Assembly: GCA_035063585.1 (NCBI GenBank) | Contig: JAPSGB010000008.1 | Span: forward strand, 1 to 64,000 | Length of the DNA stretch: 64,000 nt | Source: Polyangiaceae bacterium | Lineage (GTDB): Bacteria > Myxococcota_A > Polyangia > Polyangiales > Polyangiaceae | Direction of reading: 5' to 3' | In this document: positions 35,822 through 47,732 of the stretch, in pieces | Position numbering within the stretch: position 1 is the first letter of the stretch | Layout of the letters: every line of letters begins with the position of its first letter | Position numbers and translations under genes: made by a program | Notes under the pieces: model-generated | The model's database searches: none | The model's input: only the letters and a program-made list of their open reading frames with translations | Told to the model about the DNA's origin: nothing

Positions 35822-38107
35822 ATGAAGATCTCAAGCGAGAGCATCGTGACACGAGATACGGCTCGGCTGCGCGCGCTCGGTGCGGCCGTACTGCTCATGA
35901 GCGCGCTCTCGAGCGCCTGCTCGGGGGACGATGGCGGAACCGGGCCGCAAGGTCCGCCCGGGGAGATGGGCCAGCCGGGGCAACCCGGGCAACCCGGAGC
36001 ACCCGGAGAGGGAGGCCCGCCGGGTCCCATCGGCGAGGCTGGCGTGCCGGGCGAGGCGGGCGTGCCTGGAGAGGGAGGCCCGCCCGGCCGCGGGTTCTGG
36101 ATCACCGGCCCGGGGCTCGAGCTCACCTTCGAGAGCGCGAACATCGACGCGAGCGGCGTCGCCACGACGCGCTTCAAGCTCACGGACGCGAAGGGCGTCC
36201 CGCTCGACCTCGGCGGCCTCTACTCGGAGGGCGCCGTGAGCGTGAGCTTCGTCCTCGGGTGGCTCGACCTGAACTCCAAGGGCGAGGCTGGCCAGTATCA
36301 CTCGTACACCAACCGCGACCAGAAGAGCCCCATCACGGGCAATACCGCGAGCCAGGCCGCCGCCGACAGCGGCGGCAGCTTCACCGAGATCGGTGAGGGT
36401 CAGGGCGAGTACGAGTATCGCTTCAAGACGAACATTGCGGTGGGGAACCCTGCGCGCACACACACCATAGGCGCCTATGCGACGCGCACCTTCCAGGGGC
36501 AGCGCTACGTAGCGAACGCCACCCACGACTGGGTGCCCGCGGGTGGGACGCCGCTCGAACGCGAGCTCGTCAAGCAAGAGAACTGCGACAGCTGCCACGG
36601 CACGCTCGAGGCCCATGGCGGCGCCCGGCGCGACGTCAAGCTCTGCACCATGTGTCACAACGCGGACGTGGTCGACCCGGACACGGGCAACACCGTCGAT
36701 TTTCGCGTGATGGTCCACAAGATCCACCGCGGCGCGGAGCTGCCGAGCGTGGCTGGTGGGACGCCCTACGAGATCATCGGCTATAACCAGAGCGTCGCCG
36801 ACTACTCCGAGGTCGAGTTCCCACAGCCCATCCAGAGCTGCGACAAGTGCCACGGCGGCGCGTCGGACGGTGCGCGCTGGAAGCTCGAGCCGACCCAGGC
36901 CGCGTGCGGCTCGTGCCACGACGGCACCTGGTTCGGTGCTCAGGCCGCCACCCCGGCCGGGATGACCAACCACGGCGGCGGCGAGCGCGCGGACGACGCC
37001 GACTGCTCGGTCTGTCACAAGCCGAACGGGCTCGGGAGCGCTGACGTGGTCGCGAACCACTACACCACCGCCACCAACCCGGCGAGCCCGGTGGTCGCGG
37101 TGAACATCGTCCGCGTGGACGACACGGCGCCGGGCCAGACGCCGAAGGTCGTGTTCAACGTCACCGTGAACGGCGCCGCGCGCGACATCATCGCAAGCCC
37201 GATGAGCCGCCTCACCATGACCTTCGGCGGGCCGACCACCGATTACGCGGGCGTGGTCTCGTACGCGGTACAGGGCGGTAGCTCGAACGTCGGCACCCTC
37301 GCGGCCGACGGCGCGAACTTCAAGTACACGTTCCCAGCGCCGGTCGCCCTCGGCGCCACCGGGACGTACGCGGTGGGGGTCGAGGCCGCGATCCAGCCAG
37401 GAGGCGCCGGGCAACCGCAGTACTACGCGTACAACCCCGTCACTTACGTCGCGGTGACCGACTCGACGCCGAAGCCGCGCCGCGGGGTGGTGGCGACCAG
37501 CGAGTGCAACCAGTGCCACGGCACGCTCTCCGCCCACGGCGGCCCCCGGAACAACACCGAGTACTGCGCGATGTGCCATAACCCGAACACGGACATCGCG
37601 GCGCGCGTGGCCCGCTTCGAGGGGAGCACCGTCGAAGCGCCGACGGTCGCGTTCGCGAACATGATCCACGCGATCCACCGCGGCACCGAGCACGCCGAGC
37701 CGTACGCGCTCGGCGGCTATCCCCCGCCGACCCGAGCCAACCCGGGCGGCAACCAGCTCGACTTCACCAAGCTCGAATATCCGCGCCCGCAGAACGACTG
37801 CGCGGCGTGCCACGTGAACGAGAGCCAGCGGCTCCCACTCGCCGCGGGGCTCTTGCCGGTCAAGAGCGAGCTCCTCACCTGCACCGAGGATCCCGGCGCC
37901 GATGGCGACAGCTACTGCGACACGCGGAGCTCGATCGTCACCTTCACCCCGCCCACCAGCGCCGCCTGCACCGGCTGCCACGACTCCTCGTCCGCCAAGG
38001 CGCACGCCGAGCTCATGACGACGCCGAGCGGCGTGGAGAGCTGCGCCACGTGCCACGGGGTCGGCAAGGCGAACGACGCCGAGCGCGCCCACGCGCTCGC
38101 GCCGTGA
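35822..38107 (+). CDS. OmcA/MtrC-family decaheme cytochrome c lipoprotein with collagen-like stalk
   Basis: Lipobox SSAC; 5+5 CxxCH separated by a beta-rich domain; AHGG.R, MVHKIH and MIHAIH motifs; start at ATG 35822. Confidence 0.9.
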   Translation: MKISSESIVTRDTARLRALGAAVLLMSALSSACSGDDGGTGPQGPPGEMGQPGQPGQPGAPGEGGPPGPIGEAGVPGEAGVPGEGGPPGRGFWITGPGLELTFESANIDASGVATTRFKLTDAKGVPLDLGGLYSEGAVSVSFVLGWLDLNSKGEAGQYHSYTNRDQKSPITGNTASQAAADSGGSFTEIGEGQGEYEYRFKTNIAVGNPARTHTIGAYATRTFQGQRYVANATHDWVPAGGTPLERELVKQENCDSCHGTLEAHGGARRDVKLCTMCHNADVVDPDTGNTVDFRVMVHKIHRGAELPSVAGGTPYEIIGYNQSVADYSEVEFPQPIQSCDKCHGGASDGARWKLEPTQAACGSCHDGTWFGAQAATPAGMTNHGGGERADDADCSVCHKPNGLGSADVVANHYTTATNPASPVVAVNIVRVDDTAPGQTPKVVFNVTVNGAARDIIASPMSRLTMTFGGPTTDYAGVVSYAVQGGSSNVGTLAADGANFKYTFPAPVALGATGTYAVGVEAAIQPGGAGQPQYYAYNPVTYVAVTDSTPKPRRGVVATSECNQCHGTLSAHGGPRNNTEYCAMCHNPNTDIAARVARFEGSTVEAPTVAFANMIHAIHRGTEHAEPYALGGYPPPTRANPGGNQLDFTKLEYPRPQNDCAACHVNESQRLPLAAGLLPVKSELLTCTEDPGADGDSYCDTRSSIVTFTPPTSAACTGCHDSSSAKAHAELMTTPSGVESCATCHGVGKANDAERAHALAP
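35924..36094 (+). repeat. Collagen-like (Gly-X-Y)19 coding segment
   Basis: [57 protein letters not shown]. Confidence 0.92.
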
Positions 38108-38137
38108 GCCCGCCCCCGCGCGCCGCGCCGGCTCGAC

Positions 38138-38331
38138 CTCTGCGACCGCCTCGCGGGGATGTCGGTCCGGCGCAGGCCGAGCACGCCGAGCGCGCCGAGC
38201 TCTGCGACCGCCTCGCGGGGATGTCGGTCCGGCGCGGAACCGCGCGGGCCGCCCGGTCCCGCGTCGCAGCGCGCGCGCCTGGCACAGCACGCGCGCACGC
38301 CGCTCGCTCCGCGCGGTTCCGCGCCGGACCG
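38138..38331. repeat. 36-bp direct repeat pair plus 23-bp inverted REP-like arms between convergent genes
   Basis: ctctgcgaccgcctcgcggggatgtcggtccggcgc at 38138 and 38200; cggtccggcgcggaaccgcgcgg at 38225-38247, inverted at 38309-38331. Confidence 0.85.
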
Positions 38332-38347
38332 GCAACCAGCAGCCAGC

Positions 38348-40570
<2,223 letters not shown>

Positions 40571-40573
40571 CGG

Positions 40574-42472
40574 TTACCTCTTTTGCCCGAGTCCGTGCCG
40601 CTCCCGCGCACGAAGGAATTGTTCGCGCAGTAGCGCGGTCTGCTGATCGAAATCGCCGAGTGCCTCGGCCTGGTGGAGTTCCTCCACCGTCTGCGTGTTC
40701 CTGCGCTTCTGCTCGAGTCGCTTCAGCTTGTAGATGTTGGAAACCAGCTCCTCCCTCGCGGTCGCGGGATCGCCGTGCACGGGCGCCGCGAGCCGTTCGG
40801 CCGCGAATGGATGGATCGTCGGTGACAGTTTCGCAAGCACGTGTTCCGGTTCCAGGAGCGCTGCACCATTCCAGCTTTGCCGCAATGCCGCGATTCCGGC
40901 GGCGGCGTCGCCTTCGAGACAGCCCGCGGCCTCGTCCGCCTCAGGTGTATCCAAGAGTTCGGGATAGTCCAGCAGCGCGCCGAAGATAGCGAGCGCGATC
41001 TCGTCGCGGCGGTCCCGGGAGCGTGCCCGGTCCGGCGCCGGGGCTCGCGTGCGCTCGCCGAGCGCGGACGGCGCGAGCGCGAGCCGCACCTCCCGCTCGA
41101 GCGCCGCGAAGGTGGCGGCGTCGGCGACGCCGAGCCGCGCCGCGATGGTGTCGGCGTAGCGCTTGGCCATCGCGCGCACGGTCGGATCCTCCTCGCGGGC
41201 GAGCAGCGTGGTGACCCGCTTCAGTCGGGCGGCTCGCTCTTGGGCGTCGGCCTGGGAGAACCCCGCGTCGAGCTCCCGGTCGAGCAGGTGCTCGAGGATG
41301 CCGCGCGCCGCGTCGAGCACCGCGGTGACCGCGCGGGGGCCCTCGGCGCGGATGAGGTCGTCCGGATCGCTCCCAGCCGGCAGCGTGGCGACGCGCGCGA
41401 AGAGCCCGGCCTCACGGCACGGCTCGTAGGCGTTGGTCGCGGCCTTCTGCCCGGCGCCGTCGCCGTCGAAGAGCAGCACGACGCGCGGAGCGAAGTGCTT
41501 GATCTGACGCGCCTGCTCGGTCGTGAACGCGGTGCCGAGCGGGGCGACCACGTGGTCGATACCGCGGGCGTGCAGGCTCACCACGTCGAAGTTGCCCTCG
41601 ACGATCACGCACTCTTCCTTTGCGCGCACCCCCTGTCGCGCCTGATAGAGCCCGAAGACCGCCTCGCGCTTTCGGTAGATGGGCGACTCCGGCGAGTTCA
41701 GGTACTTGGCGGGCGGATCGCCGAGCATCGGCTCGGCGCCTGCGCGCGCGAGCTCTGCCGCCTCCGGTTCGTCGAGGGCGCGGCCGCTGAAGGCGAGGAC
41801 GCGGCCCTGCAGGTCGTGCACGGCGAACATCAGCCGATGCCGGAAGCGATCGTAGTGGCCCGAGGACGTCTTGCGCGGCGCCACCAGCCCGACCCGTTCG
41901 GCCGCCTGCAAGCTCACGCCGCTCTCACGCAGGTGGCGGGTGAGGGCGTCCCACGAGTGTGGCGCGTACCCGACGCGGAATGCCTGCAGTGTGTGCGCGA
42001 CCGAGTCGGTGGGGGAGTCGCTCGAGAGCCCGCGCGCCGCGAGCGCCGCGCGCGCGTAGGACGCGAGCGGGTGCTCGCGGAGCATGCGCTCGAAGAACGC
42101 CGCTGCGGCGCCGTTCGCCTCGTAGTGTTCCTGCTGGCGCCGGCGCGCCTCGGCCTGCTCTCGGCGATCCGGGCCGGACTCCGCCTCGACGAGCTCGACG
42201 CCGGCGCGCTCGGCGAGGATGCGCACGGCCTCGTTGAACCCGACCCCTTGCGTCTCCTGAACGAAGCGGAAGACGTCCCCCGACGCCTTGCAGCCGAAGC
42301 AATGAAAGAAGCCGCGCTCCTCGTTCACGTTGAAGCTCGCCGTCTTTTCCTTATGGAATGGACAGAGGCCCACGTGGCTCCGGCCCTTGCGGGTGAGCTT
42401 CACCGTCTCGCCGATGACGGCGACGATCCCGCTCGCGCGCCGCACCCGGTCGATGGTCTCCTGGGTGATCAC
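40574..42472 (-). CDS. dnaG: DNA primase
   Basis: CPFH..HCFGC zinc finger, DRFRHRLMF, KYLNSPES, VEGNFDV, FDGD.AG TOPRIM motifs; start GTG 42472. Confidence 0.96.
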   Translation of the reverse strand: MITQETIDRVRRASGIVAVIGETVKLTRKGRSHVGLCPFHKEKTASFNVNEERGFFHCFGCKASGDVFRFVQETQGVGFNEAVRILAERAGVELVEAESGPDRREQAEARRRQQEHYEANGAAAAFFERMLREHPLASYARAALAARGLSSDSPTDSVAHTLQAFRVGYAPHSWDALTRHLRESGVSLQAAERVGLVAPRKTSSGHYDRFRHRLMFAVHDLQGRVLAFSGRALDEPEAAELARAGAEPMLGDPPAKYLNSPESPIYRKREAVFGLYQARQGVRAKEECVIVEGNFDVVSLHARGIDHVVAPLGTAFTTEQARQIKHFAPRVVLLFDGDGAGQKAATNAYEPCREAGLFARVATLPAGSDPDDLIRAEGPRAVTAVLDAARGILEHLLDRELDAGFSQADAQERAARLKRVTTLLAREEDPTVRAMAKRYADTIAARLGVADAATFAALEREVRLALAPSALGERTRAPAPDRARSRDRRDEIALAIFGALLDYPELLDTPEADEAAGCLEGDAAAGIAALRQSWNGAALLEPEHVLAKLSPTIHPFAAERLAAPVHGDPATAREELVSNIYKLKRLEQKRRNTQTVEELHQAEALGDFDQQTALLREQFLRARERHGLGQKR

Positions 42473-42774
42473 CCGCGCGACCTCGCCCGCGCGGCGGCCC
42501 ACCTGCGGCCCGGCGGACCCTCCGTCACTGCTTCGAGCTCCCCGGACACGCAGCGCAACGCATACCGCAAATCTCGCGGCCGCCAAGGCGCGCCCTGCGA
42601 CTAGTCAGCGTTCTTGTCCGGACGAGCCGCCGCGAGCGCCGGGCCTCGCGACTCCGCACGCGGCGTGCCAATGCCCGAGGGCGGCTCTCGGGGGGAGCGG
42701 GGCGGCGCGAGGGCGGCCTTCAGGGGGGCGAGGCGGCGCGAGGGCGGGCCGGTGCGGCCTCGCCTTCGGCCCGC

Positions 42775-43134
42775 CCTCGCGATGCTCCGGCGCGGCTCCC
42801 GTCCGGGCGGGGCCGAACGGCGGGCTCTCGAAGCCGCCGCGTCTCGCCTCGCGATGCTCCGGCGCGGGTCCCGTCCGAGCGGGTCGATGACCTACCAGAT
42901 GGTAAGGGCTTGCGCGCTGCAGACGTGCTCTACGGTCGCGTCGAGCACGTCCGGGGTCGATGACTTACCAGATGGTAAGGGCTTGCGCGGGTGCGCGAGT
43001 TCCCGACGCCCATGGGCGACGCCCTCGCGCTCGACCGGCCCGGAATGACCTCGTCGAGCGGCCCGCTGGCTCGTAGCGCGTGCCGCGCGCGTCGTCTGGC
43101 GCTCGACCGGCCCGGAGCAGCCTCGTCGAGCGGC
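42775..43134. repeat. Three successive pairs of 36-37-bp imperfect direct repeats with 72-73-bp period
   Basis: A at 42775/42847, B at 42881/42954, C at 43027/43099. Confidence 0.85.
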
Positions 43135-43261
43135 TCCGGCGCGCCGAGCGCGACGGCCTGCTCTCGGGGTCGTCGGCGCGCCCCGTCACGCTCGTCCGAG
43201 CCCGCTTGCGGAGCGGTCTCGGAAAAGTCCCGGCCAGGGGTCGATTCGGGACCGAGCCCGC

Positions 43262-43292
43262 TTGACGGTCGCGGGGAGGCATGTGCTACGCT
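43262..43292 (+). promoter_or_regulatory. Possible sigma70 promoter
   Basis: TTGACG, 19-bp spacer, extended -10 TGcTACGCT. Confidence 0.35.
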
Positions 43293-43430
43293 GCGCCCGT
43301 GTTCGACCCGGAGCGTGTGATCCAGCGCGGCGTCCCGGCTCGCCGGCTTGCTCCGCTCGACGCCTCGGAGCTTACGGGAGCATAGAGCGCACCCGGCGTT
43401 CATCTCGGCCCACTGCGCTCGGATCTTATT

Positions 43431-43449
43431 GAAAATGCAAATCAGTATC
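43431..43449 (+). promoter_or_regulatory. Fur box
   Basis: GAAAATGCAAATCAGTATC matches GATAATGATAATCATTATC at 15/19; conspicuous AT island heading an iron-related operon. Confidence 0.8.
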
Positions 43450-45090
43450 ACTTTCAGTGGGCGCTCCGAAGGGGGCGAGCTTGGTGGTGGAGGGCCGGCC
43501 TCGGCGAGCGCTCACCCCGCGGGGAGCGCGGCGGCTCCTGCCAAGCGTGAGCGAAACCTCGCGCGAGGAGCTCGCCGCCTCCGCGGCCTCGCTGCGAGCG
43601 TACTGCTCGCGGTCGGGCTCGGGAGCTCGTCCACCGCGCTCGCGGATGAACCGGCCGGCGCAGGCGCGGCTCCCATCGAGGAGCCGCCCCCGCCCACCGA
43701 GCCGAGCGATCGCGCGCCTGAAGTCGCCGATGATGCGACGGCGCCCGCCGCCGAGGTACCCGTCGTGGCCGCGGGGCACGCCGAGGTGCCCGCCGCGCCG
43801 CCGGCCGCGCCGGACCGAACAGGCCCCTCCGCGGTCCCCGTAGTGAAGGGACGTGACGAGCCGAAGCACGAGGCGTCGCGTTCGCCGTTCGAGCTCGAGC
43901 TCCACGGCTACGGCGATCTCCAGTTTGCCTTCCACGACTACGGCGCGAATCAGAACCGTCCGGGAGGCTCCCAGAGCGACCGCCGGCTCGTCTTCGACAC
44001 CACCCGCTTCGTGTTCGAGCTCGAAGGCCGGATGCCCTACGATCTGGAGTTCGAGGCGGAGGTCGAGTTCGAGCACGGCGGGACGGGCGTCGCCCAGGAG
44101 CTCGACTACGAGGAGTTCGGGGAATTCGAGCAGGAGGTCGAGAAGGGGGGCGAGGTCATCCTCGAAGAGTTCTATCTGAAGAAGAAGTTCGCCAAGCACT
44201 TCTCGGTCGCGGCCGGCCGGTTCTACGTCGCGGTGGGGCTCTTGTCGGACTTCAACCATCCGACCGACTACCTCGCGGCGACTCGCTCGGAGGCGGAGAC
44301 GACGGTCATCCCGGCGGTCTGGAACGAGATGGGGCTAGCGTTCAAGGCCAAGTTCGACTGGCTCCAGGCGACCGCCCAGGTGGTGAACGGGCTCGACTCC
44401 ACGGGGTTCAGCTCGCAGAGCTGGATCGCGACCGGGCACCAGCGCCGCTTCGAGTTCGTGCGCGCGAGCGATCTGGCGTTCGTGGGTCGCGTCGATCTCC
44501 TCCCGACGAGAGACGTCATCGTAGGGGCATCGGGCTATTACGGAGGCACGTCGCGCAACCGTCCGAAGGCCGATCTCGTCCAGGAATGCACGGGCGGCGC
44601 GGAGGATGTGGTCGCGCCGTGCGGCTATGTCGACGCGCCGGTCTTGATCCTCGACGCGCACACGCACCTCCGCCTGGGCCCGGTCCGCGCGAGCGCCCTC
44701 GCGCTCTGGGGACACCTCGCGAACGCCGGGGATGTCTCGAGCCGGAATGAACGACTCTCGAACGCGCTCAACGTCCTGCGGACGCCGGTCGCCGACGAGG
44801 CGCTCGCGATGTGGGCGGAGGTCGGGCTCGACGTGGCGCCGTGGCTGTCGCTCGAGCCCGCGCATCGGCTCGAGCCGTTCGTGCGGCTCGATCATTACGA
44901 CACGATGTTCCACGTGCGCGAGGGCCTGTTCGACAACCCTCGGTTCGAGCGCACGGTGTTCACCGGTGGCGTCGGCTACACGCTGCTCGACGCCATGGTC
45001 TTGAAGCTCGAAGCCAGCCGCCGGCACTTCGGCTCGTCGGCTCTCAACCCCGAAGACACCGTCCGGCTGTCGGCGGCCGTCGTCTACTGA
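43435..45090 (+). CDS. Outer-membrane porin-like protein of imelysin-associated iron operons
   Basis: Signal peptide ending TALA-DEP, acidic EVEFEHGG...EEFGEFEQEVEKGGEV loop, beta-strand pattern, C-terminal Tyr; start uncertain. Confidence 0.72.
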   Translation: MQISITFSGRSEGGELGGGGPASASAHPAGSAAAPAKRERNLARGARRLRGLAASVLLAVGLGSSSTALADEPAGAGAAPIEEPPPPTEPSDRAPEVADDATAPAAEVPVVAAGHAEVPAAPPAAPDRTGPSAVPVVKGRDEPKHEASRSPFELELHGYGDLQFAFHDYGANQNRPGGSQSDRRLVFDTTRFVFELEGRMPYDLEFEAEVEFEHGGTGVAQELDYEEFGEFEQEVEKGGEVILEEFYLKKKFAKHFSVAAGRFYVAVGLLSDFNHPTDYLAATRSEAETTVIPAVWNEMGLAFKAKFDWLQATAQVVNGLDSTGFSSQSWIATGHQRRFEFVRASDLAFVGRVDLLPTRDVIVGASGYYGGTSRNRPKADLVQECTGGAEDVVAPCGYVDAPVLILDAHTHLRLGPVRASALALWGHLANAGDVSSRNERLSNALNVLRTPVADEALAMWAEVGLDVAPWLSLEPAHRLEPFVRLDHYDTMFHVREGLFDNPRFERTVFTGGVGYTLLDAMVLKLEASRRHFGSSALNPEDTVRLSAAVVY

Positions 45091-45109
45091 GTCACAACGA
45101 GAGAACGTC

Positions 45110-46195
45110 ATGAAAATCATCCAGTCCTTGATGTGGTCCGTGGCTTTCGTAGGCACCGTCGGGTGCGGGTCGGACGGAGGCGGCGGCAGCGGCCCCACGT
45201 CGGGTTTCGACGACCAAGCGCTCGTCGTCGACTTCGCCGATCAGGTCGTGGTCCCCACCTACACGTTGCTCGAGCAGCGCATCGGCTCACTCGAGACCGC
45301 GGTCGACGCCCTCGCCACGAACCCGACGGCCGAGACCTTCAAGGCCGCACAGGACGCATGGATCGCGGCGCGGCAGCCCTGGGAGCAGAGCGAGGGGTTC
45401 CTCTTCGGGCCGGTGGACGCGTATGGCTACGACCCCGCGATGGATTCGTGGCCCGTCAACACGACCGACCTCGATGCGGTCCTCGCGTCGGGCTCCGCGT
45501 TCACTCCAGAGTACGTCGGAAACCTCCAGGAGACGCAGAAGGGGTTTCACACCATCGAGTATCTCCTCTTCGGCGTGGGGCGGAAGAAGACCGTCGCCGA
45601 TCTCACTCCGCGCGAGCTGTCGTATGTGTCGGCCATCGCCGCCGAGCTCACAGAGATCGCGACCGCGCTCGAATCGTCCTGGACTGACGGCGTCGACGGC
45701 CGGCCGCCGTATCGCGATATCTTCGCCAACGCCGGACAGCCCGGCAACACGTCTTACCCGTCACGCCTCGCGGCCGTTCAGGAGATCCTCGACGGGATCA
45801 TCGGCATCTGCGATGAGGTCGCCAACGGGAAGATCGCCGGTCCCTACGACGCTCACGATCCGACGCTCGTGGAGAGCCAGTTCGCGTTCAACTCGATCAC
45901 CGATTTTCAGGACAATCTGCGGAGCGTCGAGAACGTCTACTCGGGCGGCGTCCCTGCCGCCGGGACCAGCGGCAAGGGCCTCTCGGCCTACGTGGCCGAG
46001 CGTGACTCGGCGCTCGACGCGCGCGTGAAGAGCGAGCTCGCCGCGGCGATCGAGGCGATCGGGGCCATCCCGCCGCCGTTCCGCGACGCGATCGTGACGC
46101 CGAGCTCGTACAGCGCGATCGAGGCGGCCCAGGCGGCGGTCCGCAAGGTCCATGACACGCTGCAGCGAGACGTTCGGCCGCTCGTGCAAGAGTGA
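45110..46195 (+). CDS. Imelysin (peptidase M75/IrpA-like) lipoprotein
   Basis: Lipobox TVGC; WEQSEGFLFGP, DSWP, GFHTIEYLLF (HxxE) motifs. Confidence 0.9.
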   Translation: MKIIQSLMWSVAFVGTVGCGSDGGGGSGPTSGFDDQALVVDFADQVVVPTYTLLEQRIGSLETAVDALATNPTAETFKAAQDAWIAARQPWEQSEGFLFGPVDAYGYDPAMDSWPVNTTDLDAVLASGSAFTPEYVGNLQETQKGFHTIEYLLFGVGRKKTVADLTPRELSYVSAIAAELTEIATALESSWTDGVDGRPPYRDIFANAGQPGNTSYPSRLAAVQEILDGIIGICDEVANGKIAGPYDAHDPTLVESQFAFNSITDFQDNLRSVENVYSGGVPAAGTSGKGLSAYVAERDSALDARVKSELAAAIEAIGAIPPPFRDAIVTPSSYSAIEAAQAAVRKVHDTLQRDVRPLVQE

Positions 46196-46304
46196 CGACA
46201 TGCCCAACCTAGCTCGCAACGGCGCGCCCGCGTGGGGGCGCGCCCCGGGGACACCGTGCGGTTCCGGGGAGGGGGAGCGCGTGCCGCCGGGCGAGCAGCG
46301 GGGA

Positions 46305-47696
46305 ATGAGCCACCCCGGGAGAGCTTCGGGGCAGGTCCCGAGGCGAGGCGCCCTGCGTGTGCAGGCGTGGGTCCTCTTCGCCGGCTTGTCGGTGGCCGCT
46401 GGCTGCGGGGCCGCTGGCGACGAGCAGCCGTCAGGGGACGCGCCGAGGGCCGGGGGTGACACCACCGTCATCGACCGTTCGTCGAACGCGTTCACGTTTC
46501 CCGCGCCGAACCTGGATGCGGAGGACCTCGCGTCGCACCTCGACGGAGACGTCGCCTTCGAGGCGACCTTCGTCACCGCCCCGGCGCCCCGCAACCCCGG
46601 CCTTGGCCCTCTGTTCAACAACAACGGCTGCGCGAAATGCCACGTTCGAGACGGGCGCGGTCTACCCGAGGCCGGACGAGGGCCGCACGGCAGCCCGCTG
46701 CTCGTGCGGGTGAGCGCAAGCGCGGGCGAGCCGGCGGTCCCGGGCGGTGCGGTCGCGGTGGAGGGCCTCGGCACGCAGCTCCAGGACCACGCCGTCTACG
46801 GGGCCACGCCCGAGGTGACCGTGGCCATTCGCTGGGTCGAGCAACCGGGGGAGTACGGGGACGGCGAGCCGTTCTCGCTCCGGCGCCCGGTCTTCGAGAT
46901 CACGCTCGCCAGCGGCGAGCCGCTCCCGCGAGACGTCATGACCTCGGCGCGCATTCCTCCGCCCGTGTTCGGGCTCGGGCTCCTCGAGGCGGTCGCGGAG
47001 GACGACATCGTGGCGCGCGCGGATCCGGACGACGCCGACGGCGACGGCATCTCCGGTCGCCCGAACTACGTCTGGGACGAGGTCCGAGGCGCGCCGAGCC
47101 TGGGGCGATTTGGCTGGAAGGCCAACGTGCCGAGCCTCTTGCAGCAAGCCGCCGCCGCGTACTCCGGCGACATGGGCGTGAGCTCGCCGATGTTTCCCGA
47201 GGCGGACGGGACCTCGGAGGTCGACGAGCGCACGCTCGGGGCGGCGGCGTTCTACACGGCGACGCTCGCCGTACCGGGGCGGTACGGCTGGAGCGAGCCC
47301 GAGGTGAAGCGCGGCGAGGCGCTCTTTCGCGAGGCGCGCTGCGCGACGTGCCACGTCGAAGAGCTCCGCACCGGGGAGCAGGCGACGGGCGCGCTCCGCG
47401 GGCAGACCTTCCACCCCTATACCGATCTCCTCTTGCACAACATGGGCTTCGACCTGGCGGATGGGAGGCCCGATTTCATGGCTTCGGGCACGGAGTGGCG
47501 CACCGCGCCGCTCTGGGGGCTCGGTCTCACGCATACCGTGCTCCCGTACTCGAGCTTCTTGCACGACGGCCGCGCGCGCTCGATCGAAGAGGCCATCCTC
47601 TGGCATGGAGGTGAAGCCGAGGCGTCGAAGGAGGCGTTTCGAGTCATGGCTGCGTCCGACCGCGCAGCCCTCATGGAGTTCTTGCGCTCGCTCTGA
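46305..47696 (+). CDS. Di-heme oxidoreductase (DHOR/DUF1111) lipoprotein
   Basis: GLGPLFN..CAKCH, FGLGLLEA, GRFGWKA, CATCH, YTDLLLH, WRTAPLWG, LHDGRA..EAILWHGGEA; start uncertain (46200/46305/46359). Confidence 0.9.
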   Translation: MSHPGRASGQVPRRGALRVQAWVLFAGLSVAAGCGAAGDEQPSGDAPRAGGDTTVIDRSSNAFTFPAPNLDAEDLASHLDGDVAFEATFVTAPAPRNPGLGPLFNNNGCAKCHVRDGRGLPEAGRGPHGSPLLVRVSASAGEPAVPGGAVAVEGLGTQLQDHAVYGATPEVTVAIRWVEQPGEYGDGEPFSLRRPVFEITLASGEPLPRDVMTSARIPPPVFGLGLLEAVAEDDIVARADPDDADGDGISGRPNYVWDEVRGAPSLGRFGWKANVPSLLQQAAAAYSGDMGVSSPMFPEADGTSEVDERTLGAAAFYTATLAVPGRYGWSEPEVKRGEALFREARCATCHVEELRTGEQATGALRGQTFHPYTDLLLHNMGFDLADGRPDFMASGTEWRTAPLWGLGLTHTVLPYSSFLHDGRARSIEEAILWHGGEAEASKEAFRVMAASDRAALMEFLRSL

Positions 47697-47732
47697 CGGG
47701 ATGATGGCGCGAGCCGGCGACGTGACCTGATC

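Noticed and set aside
38138..38235. Mini-CRISPR
   Set aside because: Two copies only, and the repeat runs into a dispersed REP-like element
35831..38335. Long antisense or alternate-frame ORFs (also 1010-2038, 46662-48839, 53400-55046, 61713-63443 and many others)
   Set aside because: Shadow ORFs expected at high GC; they overlap genes with clear family motifs and have none themselves
42881..42989. CRISPR array (36-bp repeat, 37-bp spacer)
   Set aside because: Only two copies, neighbouring repeats differ in sequence, the spacer is itself palindromic, and no cas genes are in the window; kept only as an unexplained repeat structure
42614..43451. Short ORFs in the dnaG upstream region
   Set aside because: Low-complexity translations of the repeat region with no recognisable motif
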